Origin: Mobula hypostoma
Lineage: Eukaryota
Length of the DNA: 64,000 bases
Reading direction: 5' to 3'
NCBI RefSeq assembly: GCF_963921235.1
Contig: NC_086097.1
Location: forward strand, 173,354,001 to 173,418,000
The notes below the pieces were generated by a model, which saw nothing but the letters and a program-made list of their open reading frames with translations, made no database searches and was not told the DNA's origin. Positions within the stretch are counted from its first letter, which is position 1. Each line of letters opens with the position of its first letter. The translations under genes were made by a program, and so were the position numbers. Positions 37,242 to 48,864 of the stretch are shown here, in pieces.

Positions 37242-37402
37242 GTTGCTGGTGAACGAAGCTAGTCCTGACGAAGGGTCTCGGCCTGAAACGTCGACTGTAC
37301 CTCTTCCTAGAGATGCTGCCTGGCCTGCTGCGTTCACCAGCAACTTTGATGTGTGTTGCTTGAATTTCCAGTATCTGCAGAATTCCTGTTGTTTGCGTTT
37401 TT
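37242..37402 (+). mobile_element. minimal ~160-bp PLE insertion (short inverted leader + hammerhead + 3' tail)
   Basis: AGTTGCTGGTGAACG is the reverse complement of 37331-37345; TSD GAAACTTGGCATA (37229-37241) / GAAATTTGGCATA (37403-37415). Confidence 0.8.
37261..37296 (+). ncRNA. minimal type-I hammerhead ribozyme motif, core intact
   Basis: Identical to 8195-8230. Confidence 0.8.
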
Positions 37403-38869
37403 GAAATTTGGCATATCCCTGTTAACCTTTAATAATTTTAATCAATGCATCATAGAAAGTATTGTCTGGATGCATGACAGATTGGTATGGCAACTGCTCT
37501 GCACGTGATCACAAGAAACTGCAGAGGGTCATAGACACAGCTTGTCATATCACAGCAACTAACCTCCCCTCTATGGACCCTCTGCCTCAGTAAAGCAGCC
37601 AACATAATCAGAGACCCCACTACCATAAACATTCTCTCTTCTCCTCCTTCATCGGTCAGAAGATACAAAAGCCTAAAAGTCCATGCCATGAGGCTCAAGG
37701 AAAGCATTTAGCCCACTGTTATCAGACTCTTGAAAGCACGTCATGTGTGATAAGATGGAATTTGATCTCACAACCTACTTCATAATGATCTTGCAATTTA
37801 TTGTTTACCTGCACTGCACTCTTTCGGTGGCTTTTCCATTTTACTCTGCAATGTTATTGTTTTGTGTTATTCTACCCAGTGCCCTGTGTAATGATTTGAT
37901 CTGTATGAATAGTAGGCAAGACAACCTTTGCATTGAGTACTGGTACAAGTGACAATAATAAACTAACATTAATGCCAAGAAGCAAAAACCTCAAAGCATG
38001 AACCACCAATCTCAAGGATATCTTCGACCCTGCTGTTAGAAGATTATTGAAGAGTCCCCGAATAGACGTACTCTTGACCTCACAATTTACCTCATTATGA
38101 CCTTGCACCTTATTGTCTGCCTGCACAGCACTTTCCCTGTAACTGTAACACTTTAATCCTCATTCTGTTATTGTGCACTGATATGAAATGACCTGGATGG
38201 ATGGGGTGAAAAACATAGTTTTTCACTGTATCTTGATATATCACATTAATAAACCAATTTATCAATTTAAATGAGATAAGCATAAATAGGCATCACAGAT
38301 GCCATGAACAAAGTACCCCTTATGTGCCAGTTTCTGTGCAGTATGATTCTATGATTTAGTAATTAAGGCAAACGAGCATGGCAGATCTACTCATTCATAA
38401 TAAATCTCTTCTTCTCTGCTGCATTGCAGGTTAGGACACTAACCATTTCCTATTCCGCTGAAGGTACTGTAACTGATCAAAATAACTCTCTTCACCAATG
38501 CTGTCTGTGCTGATAATTATTTTCAATATTTGTTGTTTTCTGATTTTCAGCATTTGCAGATTTTTTTTCCTTTCAATAAAGAAATTAACATTTGTTTTGG
38601 TCTGGTAGCTAAGGCTGACAGTTTTGTTTCAAGATATTCCTTGAGGTTTCATCACATGAGGCCACTGTTGTTTAAAACTACAAACCTTCAGATGTACACA
38701 TGTGTATTTTTCTCTAGGTTTGTTTATAGTGTTGCAAAGGTACCACTACCATGGGAAACAGATTCTGACCATCTGCCCTGTCCATGCTTCTTTTAAGTTG
38801 AGGCCTATAAAAGATACAGAGAAAGTAGCTTTCCAACATCTCTCCACAACTAAGTTCTACCATGCTGGT

Positions 38870-41050
38870 GAATCTCTACTGCACTCTTTCTATGTGCAGG
38901 ACTGTACACAATATTCCAAGTGTGGTGTAACTAGCCTTTTGTAAGGTAGCAACATAATATACATTCAGTACTCTAATATATGATGGCTATTATCCCTTCT
39001 GCCATCTTCACCACCTGTCTACCTGTGGTGCCATTTTCAGGCAATGATGGACTCTAACCTCAAAGTCCTTCTGTTCATCAACAATCCTTGGTGCCCTCCC
39101 ACTTATTGTATTTCTTATATCTATTTGACTTGGCAAGTACATCACAAATAAAAAAAGAGTCCCAGAACCAATTCCTGCAGCACACACTAGTCACAGATTT
39201 CCAATCAGAGAAGCATCCTTCCAACATCACCGTTTTCCTTCTATCAGCAAGGCATTTTTGAATCCAATTAGCCAGCTTACCTTGAATACCATGTGCCGAA
39301 AACTTCTGTGGACATTCAAATGGATATTGTCAAGTTCATTACACAGGTCTACTTTCCCTACTCTTGCCAATCATTTTAGTTACCACTCTGGCCCTTTGAA
39401 CAAAAAAAGTGTGCTTTATCCGACAACTCTGATTTTTGTCTGAACCCTGAACTTTAGCAATTCCTGCCCAATGTCATTTTCAAAATTAATTATGTGAAGA
39501 GTTTTCCAAGAACATCAACCTGGTACCTTAAAAGCATACAATACAGAAGCAGAATTAAGCCATTTGGCCCATCGAGTCTGTTCCTCCATTTCATAATAGC
39601 TGATCCATTTTCCCTCTCAGCCCCAAGAATCTATCAACAGCTGCCTTAAATATACCCAAAGGCTTGGCCTCCACAATCACCTGTGGCAATGAATTCCACA
39701 GATTTGCCACTTTCGGTTTAAAGAAATTCCTACTCATCTCCATTCTAAAAGGACACCCCTTTATTCTGAGGCTGTGTCCTCTGGTCTTCAACTTCCACAC
39801 CATAGGAAAATTCTCTCCACATCCACTCTATCATGGCCTTTCAACATTCAATAGGTTTCAATAAGGTCACCCCTCATTCTTCTGAATTCAAGTGAATACA
39901 GGCCCACAGTCATCAAACACTCCTCATGTGACAAATCCTTCAATCCCAGAATCATTTCTGTGAATCTCCTGTGAACCCTCTCCAATGTCAGTACATCCTT
40001 TCTAAGATCCGGGGCCCAAAACTCCTCACAATACTTCAAGTGAGGTCTCACAAATGCTTTATAAAGCCTCAAGAATACAACCTTGCTTTTATATTCCAGT
40101 CCTCTTGAAATGAATGCTAATATTGTATTTGCCTTCTGACTCAACCTGACAATTAACATTTAGAAAATCCTGCTCGAGGACTCCCAAGTCCTTTTGCCCC
40201 TCAGATTTTTTAAAAATTGTCTCTTCATTTAGAAAATAGTCTATGCTTTTATTTCTTCTTCCAAAGTGCATGACCATACACTTCCTCACACTGTATTCCA
40301 TCTGCCTATTCTTTGCCCATTCTTCTAATCTGTCTAAGTCCTTTTGTAGCCTCTCTATTTCCTCAAAACCACCTGCCCCTCTACCTATCTTCGTATCATC
40401 CGCAAACATGGCCACAGAGCCATCGATTCCATCATCCAAATCACTGACATATAACGTAAGAAGAAGCTGCCCCAGCACAGACACCTGTGGAGCAGCACTA
40501 TTCACCAGCAGCCAATGAGAAAAGACTCCCTTTATTCCCACTCTTTGCCTCCTGCCAATCATCCAATGCTCAATTTAATACCTCTGGTATCCTACCCCTT
40601 CCCTTTCTTCCATGGCCTTCTGTCCTCTCCTATCAGATTCCCCCTTCTCCAGCCCTTTATCTCTTTCACCAATTGACTTCCCAGCTCACTACTTCACCAT
40701 TCCCCCCTCCCAGTTTCACCCATCACCTACCACCTTGTATTTCTTCCTCCCCTCCTCCCCACCTTATTATTCTGACTTCTCATCTTTTTTCACCAGTCCT
40801 GTTGATGGGTCTTGGCCCAGACTGTTGACTGTTTACTCTTTTCCATAGATGCTGCCTGACCTGCTGAGTTCCTCCAGCATTTTGTGTGTATTGTTTGAAT
40901 TTCCAGCATCTGCAGATTTTCTCTTGTTTGTAATGCTCTATCCACGTTAGCAGTTTTTCTGTAGTAACATGAGCTCTTAACTTGTAAAGTGTGGCCTTCT
41001 GAAAATCCCAGTACACACCATCAACCAATTTTTCTTTGTCTATCCTGCTT
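38870..41050 (-). mobile_element. CR1 fragments (older 38870-39430; younger 39530-41050 interrupted by a PLE)
   Basis: Minus ORFs PQVSVLG, MFADDTKIG, RPHLKYC. Confidence 0.8.
40575..40931 (+). mobile_element. PLE pLTR with degenerate hammerhead (40795-40830)
   Basis: Near-TSD AATGCTCAAT (40565-40574) / AATGCTCTAT (40932-40941). Confidence 0.7.
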
Positions 41051-42399
41051 GCAAAGTTTTTATGCCCTGTGAGATTTAATTTTAATTAGAAATAAGGGAT
41101 AATTGAAAATTCTATATTTCATTTGAGTTGCACAATGTTTTGGTCTCCTTCAACATAGGCATTAAACTACCTCTCCTTCTGACCCCCTACCATCCCTGAT
41201 CAAACTCCCAGCTCAAACATGTAGCTTCAATTGTTGTCCCCCAACTCCTGACAACATTTGTAATCCAACCCAAGAACAATTAAATCCCCAAACTAACAAC
41301 CCCACTATCACTTTCTTCCACCTACTAAGTCTATATTACTGAATACAAAGGCATGTAAATCACTCAGCCAGCAGCTACCATCACCATACAATCCTTTCAC
41401 TAATGATAATCAATGTTGTACATCCCTGACCTTGATCCCCAAAGAAAGTCTCAAACTGACTACCAGATCTTATCTCCATCTACCATCAGGAAGCAGAGCT
41501 TTATCCTGGCAATTGGATACCATTCCTAGCTCTCTCCCTGCCATAATTACAGGCTCTTTCCCACAACCCCTAAAATCTAGACACAATTGAAAAAGGCATG
41601 TGCAATTCCTTTCAAGAAAGTGCCTTAAGTAACAAGAACTTCACTCACAATTTTTCAGGGGTAAGCACATGAATAAAACATATATCAGACTCTAAACAAA
41701 TGGACACATTTTTGGACAAACATGTCCCCCATAAAGAAGGCATGTGAATGAGTCAAATGCATGTTTTGCACTTAGCTTGATTCAGTCATTCAAATGAGGC
41801 CGACGGCAATCATTTTCTGAAGAGCTCTGGCAAGGCATCAACAACATGAAAGGAACCTAATCCAGAGAACCATTCTATGATTGGAGTTAGTTCAAATATT
41901 CTGTCACTTTTATTTTAAAAAATGTAGGTCAAATTAAGCACGTTCCCGTGGCTTATGTGGGATTAAACACTGAGAACATAACAGTTGTTCGTAGAGAAAC
42001 AAGTCAGCATTCAAAGTCAAGATGGCAAAGAAAGACTTTTAGGCTAATTAGGTTTAGTAAATAAACAATGAACAAGTGAAAATAGAACTAATACTTTAAA
42101 ATAGACTTAAAGAACTTCATGTCTTTTGAGCAAACCATTGAATGGACATTAAGTTACTTTTTGAAAGCTAATTCCTTGCTCATATGTAATTGCTGTGGCG
42201 ATGGAGAAAACTCAACAGCTCATTTGCACCCAGCAAGATCCCCAAACAGCTTTGAAAACTACATAGTTGTGTCATATTTGCAACATCCAGGCAGTATCTA
42301 TGGAAAGAGAAACAGGAGTTCAGTTTGATGATCTACCATCAGGTTTGGGATAATGGTCCCTGCTTTTCCAGATCAATTATTAATGATTGTTTGAAGTCA

Positions 42400-43555
42400 T
42401 TTCCAATGCACTAGTGTAAAGGTGAACAAAATAATTATTACTCCAAATCCAATATAGCACAAAATCACAATAAGATAAAGAACACAATAATAAAAAAACA
42501 CAACAAATATAAATACAAAAGACAGCTTATATACAAAAATTGATTGCATGTCCATAAAATGACACTAGTACAGGAGTGTCTGTACATAAGGTGACTCTTA
42601 CAGGAAGTGGTAAAGTAGTGCTGGTGGGGTGGGCTACTGGGAGAAACTGTTTTTCAGCCTTACTGTTTTGAGGAAGTAATTGTTTTTGAGTCTGCTTGTC
42701 CTGGCATGGATGCTATATTACCTCCTTTCTGATGGGAGTGGGCGAAACAGTCCACAAGCAGGGTGTGCGGGATCCTTCATGATGTTTCTGGCCCTTTCCA
42801 GCACTTTTCTGTATATATGTCCTTGATGTTGGGTAGGCTGGTGCCGGTGATGTATTAGGCAGTTATGAAAGTAAATAAAGCAACAGAATGTACAGAGGAA
42901 TCTCAGCCTGCAGGTCCATGGCTCCCCAAAAGTGGCAATGCAAGGAGATAGGTTGGTAGAGAAGGTGCATTACGGAAAATTTGACTTCATCACTCAGGCT
43001 GTTGAATATTAAGTCAGGAAGTCAAGTTGCACTGTATAAAAGTTTGATTTGGTCACATTTAGAGTACTGCATGTAGTTCTGGTCATCCCATTACAGGAAG
43101 GATGCACAGGCTTTGGAGAGGATGCAGAAAAGGATCGCCAGAATGCTGCCTAGATCAGAGAGAAGTAGCTGTCAGGAGAGATTGGAAAAAACTTGGCTTG
43201 TTTTCCCTGTTGCATCAGAGTCTGAGGAGTGACCTGATCGAAGTTTATAAAATTATGAGAAGCATACACAGGATGGATAGTTAAGATTCCTTTCCTTGTG
43301 GTGGAAATGACAAAGGTTTAAGATGAGAGGGGCAAATGTAAAGGAAATTTACATAGGGAGTGATGGGTGCAGGAATGCGCTGCCAAGAGGGGTAGGGAAA
43401 GCACATTTGGAAACAACATTTAGCAAGGCTTCAGAAAGGCAAGTGTGCAGGCAGGGATAATAAGGAAATATACATGCAGTTGTGCAGTTTAAATTGGGAT
43501 CTCGATTGGGATAGATATGTTGGGCTGAAGGGCCTATTCCTGTATTCTACTCTTC
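42400..43555. mobile_element. Rex1 3' end (minus, ~42400-42865) abutting a decayed CR1 3' region (plus, ~42870-43555)
   Basis: IMKDPAHPA..PLPSERR (minus); LRSDLIEVYKIMR (plus). Confidence 0.6.
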
Positions 43556-44100
43556 CAAAGTAAAATCAAATGGATCCTAGAAAACATAGCTTCTCATGGA
43601 AAGGGGTTAAGCTGGCCAACTAATCTTCTCTTTATAACTTGGCTTGGTGCCTTCCTGGAGGGTTCCAGACTGAACTACAAGCATCTTTGCTACAGCACTA
43701 CAGACGCCGGGAATCTATTCTTCAGTCAACAAGAATTCCTCACCAAACACTTTCAAAAATTAAACTAATTTGTTTCAACTGCTGTTGAGATATCTGTGTA
43801 GAAAGTGCTTTCCATATATTCCGACAATAATGATTACCCTTCAAAAAGCAATTCAGTGGCAGTTCAGTGACATCAAACAAATTCTAAACATTGTTTCAAT
43901 TTTCATTATCATTTATTTACTAAATATATTTATAACAGCAATTTTAAAACACATTCAATGGCCTAAACCATAACCAAGAAATATACATTTCAATACTATC
44001 ACAGCAGCTGAGGAACTTAAATTCAATTGAAATAATCTGAAATAAATAACTGTAAATAAGAAACACCTGGATTATTGTAGAAAATCTAATTAGGTTACGT

Positions 44101-44310
44101 GACAGTGATGGTAAGAATTGGAGGAGATGGGAGTTGAATGCGTGGCTGAGGAGTTGGTGCAGGGAGCAGGGTTTTAGATTTTTAGATCATTGGGATCTCT
44201 TCTGGGGAAGGTGGGACCTGTACAGATTGGATGGGTTGCACCTGAACTCGAGGGGGAGCAATATCCTTGCAGGTAGGTTTGCTAGCATGGTTCGGGAGGG
44301 TTTAAACTAA
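44101..44310 (+). pseudogene. CR1 ORF1 C-terminus (SGNH/GDSL-type esterase)
   Basis: LNAWLRSWCREQGFRFLDHW..DGLHLN..REGLN*; DxxH motif. Confidence 0.85.
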
Positions 44311-47245
44311 TTTGTGAGGGGGATGGGACCCAGAGCGATAGAGCAGTGAAAGAAGTGCATGGAGTAAAGCCAGATCTAACATACAGAGAGGCTTTGAGGA
44401 AAGAGAAGCAGAATAAACAGTGTAAAGACAGTAAGGTAGAAGGGCTGAAATGTGTGTACCTCAATGCAAGAAGCATCAGGAACAAAGGTGATGAACTGAG
44501 AGCTTGGATACATACATGGAATTATGATGTAGTGGCCATTACAGAGACTTGGCTGGCACCAGGGCAGGAATGGATTCTCAATATTCCTGGATTTCAGTGC
44601 TTTAAAAGGGATAGAGAGGGCAGAAAAAGGGGACGAGGGGTGGTATCACTGGTCAGGGATACTATTACAGCTACAGAAAGGGTGGGTAATGTAGCAGGAT
44701 CCTCTTTTGAGTCAATATGGGTGGAAGTCAGGAACAGGAAGGGAGCAGTTACTCTACTGGGGGTATTCTATAGGCCCCCTGGTAGCAGCGGAGATACAGA
44801 GGAGCAGATTGGGAGGCAGGTTTTGGAAAGGTGCGAAAATAACAGGGTTGTTATCATGGGTGACTTTAACCTCCCTAATATTGATTGGCACCTGATTAGT
44901 TCCAAGGGTTTAGATGGGGCAGAGTTTGTTAAGTGTGTCCAGGATGGATTCCTGTCACAGTATGTGGACAGGCCGACCAGGGGGAATGCCATACTAGATC
45001 TAGTACTAGGTAATGAACCGGGTCAGGTCACAGATCTCTCAGTGGGTGAGCATCTGGGGGACAGTGACCACCACTCCCTGGCCTTTAGCATTATCATGGA
45101 AAAGGATAGAATCAGAGAGGACAGGAAAGTTTTTAATTGGGGAAAGGCAAATTATGAGGCTATGAGGCTATAAGGCTAGAACTTGCGGGTGTGAATTGGG
45201 ATGATGTTTTTGTAGGGAAATGTACTATGGACATGTGGTCGATGTTTAGAGATCTCTTGCGGGATGTAAGGGATAAATTTGTCCCGGTGAGGAAGATAAA
45301 GAATGGTAGGGTGAAGGAACCATGGGTAACAAGTGAGGTGGAAAATCTAGTCAGGAGGAAGAAGGCAGCATACATGAGGTTTAGGAAACAAGGATCAGAT
45401 GGGTCTATTGAGGAATATAGGGAAGCAAGAAAGGAGCTTAAGAAGGGGCTGAGAAGAGCAAGAAGGGGGCATGAGAAGGCCTTGGCGAGTAGGGTAAAGG
45501 AAAACCCCAAGGCATTCTTCAATTATGTGAAGAAAAAAAGGATGACAGGAGTGAAGGTAGGACCGATTAGAGATAAAGGTGAGAAGATGTGCCTGGAGGC
45601 TGTGGAAGTGAGCGAGGTCCTCAATGAATACTTCTCTTCGGTATTCACCAATGAGAGGGAACTTGATGATGGTGAGGACAATATGAGTGAGGTTGATGTT
45701 TTGGAGCATGTTGATATTAAGGGAGAGGAGGTGTTGGAGTTGTTAAAATACATTAAGACAGATAAGTCCCCAGGACCTGACGGAATATTCCCCAGGCTGC
45801 TCCACGAGGCGAGAGAAGAGATTGCTGAGTCTCTGGCTAGGATCTTTATGTCCTCGTTGTCCACGGGAATGGTACTGGAGGATTGGAGGGAGGTGAATGT
45901 TGTCCCCTTGTTCAAAAAAGGTAGTAGGGATAGTCCGGGTAATTATAGACCGGTGAGCCTTACATCTGTGGTGGGAAAGCTGTTGGAAAAGATTCTTACA
46001 GATAGGATCTATAGACATTTAGAGAATCACGGTCTGATCAGGGACAGTCAGCATGGCTTTGTGAAGGGCAGATCATGTCTAACAAGCCTGATAGAGTTCT
46101 TTGAGGAGGTGACCAGGAATATAGCTGAGGGTAGTGCAGTGGATCTGATCTATATGGATTTTAGTAAGGCATTTGACAAGGTTCCACACGGTAGGCTTAT
46201 TCAGAAAGTTAGAAGGCATGGGATCCAGGGAAGTTTGACCAGGTGGATTCAGAATTGGCTTGCCTGCAGAAGGCAGAGGGTGGTGGTGGAGGGAGTACAT
46301 TCAGATTGGAGGATTGTGACTAGTGGCGTCCCACAAGGATCTGTTCTGGGACCTCTACTTCTCGTGATTTTTATTAACGACCTGGATGTGGGGGTAGAAG
46401 GGTGGGTTGGCAAGTTTGCAGACGACACAAAGGTTGGTGGTGTTGTAGATAGTGTAGAGGATTGTCAAAGATTGCAGAGAGACATCGATAGGATGCAGAA
46501 GTGGGCTGAGAAGTGGCAGATGGAGTTCAACCCGGAGAAGTGTGAGGTGGTACACTTTGGAAGGACAAACTCCAAGGCAGAGTACAAAGTAAATGGCAGG
46601 ATACTTGGTAGTGTGGAGGAGCAGAGGGATCTCGGGGTACATGTCCACAGATCCCTGAAAGTTGCCTCACAGGTGGATAGGGTAGTTAAGAAAGCTTATG
46701 GGGTGTTAGCTTTCATAAGTCGAGGGATAGAGTTTAAGAGTCGCGATGTAATGATGCAGCTCTATAAAACTCTGGTTAGGCCACACTTGGAGTACTGTGT
46801 CCAGTTCTGGTCGCCTCACTATAGGAAGGATGTGGAAGCATTGGAAAGGGTACAGAGGAGATTTACCAGGATGCTGCCTGGTTTAGAAAGTATGCATTAT
46901 GATCAGAGATTAAGGGAGCTAGGGCTTTACTCTTTGGAGAGAAGGAGGATGAGAGGAGACATGCTAGAGGTGTACAAGATAATAAGAGGAATAGATAGAG
47001 TGGATAGCCAGCACCTCTTCCCCAGGGCACCACTGCTCAATACAAGAGGACATGGCTTTAATGTAAGGGGTGGGAAGTTCAAGGGGGATATTAGAGGAAG
47101 GTTTTTTACTCAGAGAGTGGTTGGTGTGTGGAATGCACTGCCTGAGTCAGTGGTGGAGGCAGATGCACTAGTGAAGTTTAAGAGACTACTAGACAAGTAT
47201 ATGGAGGAATTTAAGGTGGGGGCTTATATGGGAGGCAGGGTTTGA
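44301..47245 (+). pseudogene. CR1 ORF2 (APE endonuclease + reverse transcriptase), broken by one 8-bp duplication at ~45153-45168
   Basis: LNARS, ITETW, YRPP, MGDFN, SDH; NYRPVSLTS, DFSKAFD, GVPQGSVLGP, KFADD; removing TATGAGGC joins ORFs 44346 and 45191 in frame. Confidence 0.92.
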
Positions 47246-48282
47246 GGGTTGGCACAACATTGTGGGCCAAAGGGCCTGTACTGTGCTGTACTATTCTATG
47301 TTCTATGTTTATTTTCTAATCCAGATTTACTGATAAACCACTTCAGATTCACTGGAAATCCAAGATGGGCAATAAATTTCAGTCTTGCCAGTGACATCCT
47401 CATTGTACAATTTTATAATGTGTCATACTACAGCAAAGAGTACCAGACAGACATATCCCAAACACAATGGGCATATCCCTCCCTATCATCGGTAATATCT
47501 ATCGGAGTAACTGCCTCAAGGAAGCAACGTCCATCATCAGAGTTCTCTACCATCTGGGCCATGTCATCTTCTCACAGCAACCACCAAGCCAGAGGTACAA
47601 AACCATAAAGTTTCACACCACCACATAAGAACCACAACCTTCATCCAACCATTTGTTTCTTGAACCAACCAGTATAACCGTAATCACCATAGTTTAGCAC
47701 TTCTATGACTACTTTGATTACTTTGCACTAAAATGAACTTCTTTGTTTTATTTGTGTTTTTTCTTGCAAAAATTGTAAAACTTATGGTTTTTGTTTGCTG
47801 CCAATGTGATGCCAAGTGTCTGCGATACTGCTTCAAAATTCTGTCATTGCCAATGTGCTTACATGTACTGTACTTGTGCATACAATAAGTTAATGAACTC
47901 ATCAAGAAAAAACCCAAGCAGAACAAAAGTCAGAACACTTCAAAATATCTGATATGGCAAGGGGAATCAACATAGCAAATAAAGAAAAGGGAAAATGCAA
48001 ATGAAAACAGAAAATAGTGGCAGAACCAGAATCCAGTTAGTCAATTCCATGGAAGTTAGAAATACAACTTCACCTCCAATTCTGCTGTCATATTTCAATT
48101 TGTTTATGTTTGCTCCATCAGTCAATATCAAATGAAGAAAGATGATAAATCCAAATTTGAAAATAGAAGCCCATCATGCTGAAATTCAAATAATTATTCA
48201 CTTTGGATAGTCTCAGCAAGCCCAGCAGCATCAGTAAAGAGCAAAACAAAATTCATATTTCAGACTGATTACCTTTTATAAG

Positions 48283-48754
48283 CAACACACATAAAATTGC
48301 TGGTGAACACAACAGGCCAGGCAGCATCTGTAGGAAGAGGTACAGTCGATGTTTCAGGCTGAGACCCTTCATCAGGACTAACTGAAAGAAGAGATTTGAG
48401 AGGGGGAGGGGGAGATCCAAAATGATAGGAGAAGACAGGAGGATGGAGCCAAGAGCTGGACAGGTGATTGGCAAAAGGGATATGAGAGGATCATGGGACG
48501 GGAGGCTTAGGGAGAATGAAAGGGGGAGGGGGGAAGCCCAGAGGATGGGCAAGGAGTATAGTGAGAGGAGCAGAGGGAGAAAAAGGAGAGAGAGAAAGAA
48601 AAAATAATAATAATAATAATAAAATAAATAAATAACAGATGGGGTACGAAGGGGAGGTGGGGCATTAACGGAAGTTAGAGAAGTCAGTGTTCATGCCATC
48701 AGGTTGGAGGCTACCCAGACGGAATATAAGGTGTTGTTCATCCAACCTGCGTGT
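48283..48754 (-). mobile_element. PLE 3' end (GIY-YIG C-terminus + pLTR)
   Basis: 11-bp TSD CCTTTTATAAG at 48272-48282 and 48755-48765; EQHLIFRLGSLQPDGMN. Confidence 0.85.
48344..48379 (-). ncRNA. hammerhead motif, core intact, AUC cleavage triplet (helix III palindrome lost)
   Basis: Minus strand AGTC-CTGATGA-A-GGGT-CTCA-GCCT-GAAA-CATC-GACT. Confidence 0.65.
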
Positions 48755-48864
48755 CCTTTTATAAGTGGAAGTTCTAATGAGATATCATCTAACTGAAACA
48801 TTAACCCCATTTCTCTCTATGATACATAACCTACTAAGTAGCTCCAATGTTTTCATTTGTATTA

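Larger units (their letters stand above)
37205..38270 (+). mobile_element. two tandem Rex1/Babar 3' fragments, the first interrupted by a PLE
   Basis: YFLRKLKK, WYGNCSA, KKLQRVI relics; two related 3' UTRs. Confidence 0.65.
44097..47308 (+). mobile_element. young CR1 LINE, 5'-truncated within ORF1, with complete ORF2
   Basis: ORF1 end, APE and RT domains, 3' tail (TTCTATG)n. Confidence 0.95.

Noticed and set aside
45160..46648. Several minus-strand ORFs of 73-130 aa
   Set aside because: Antisense shadows of the CR1 ORF2 reading frame
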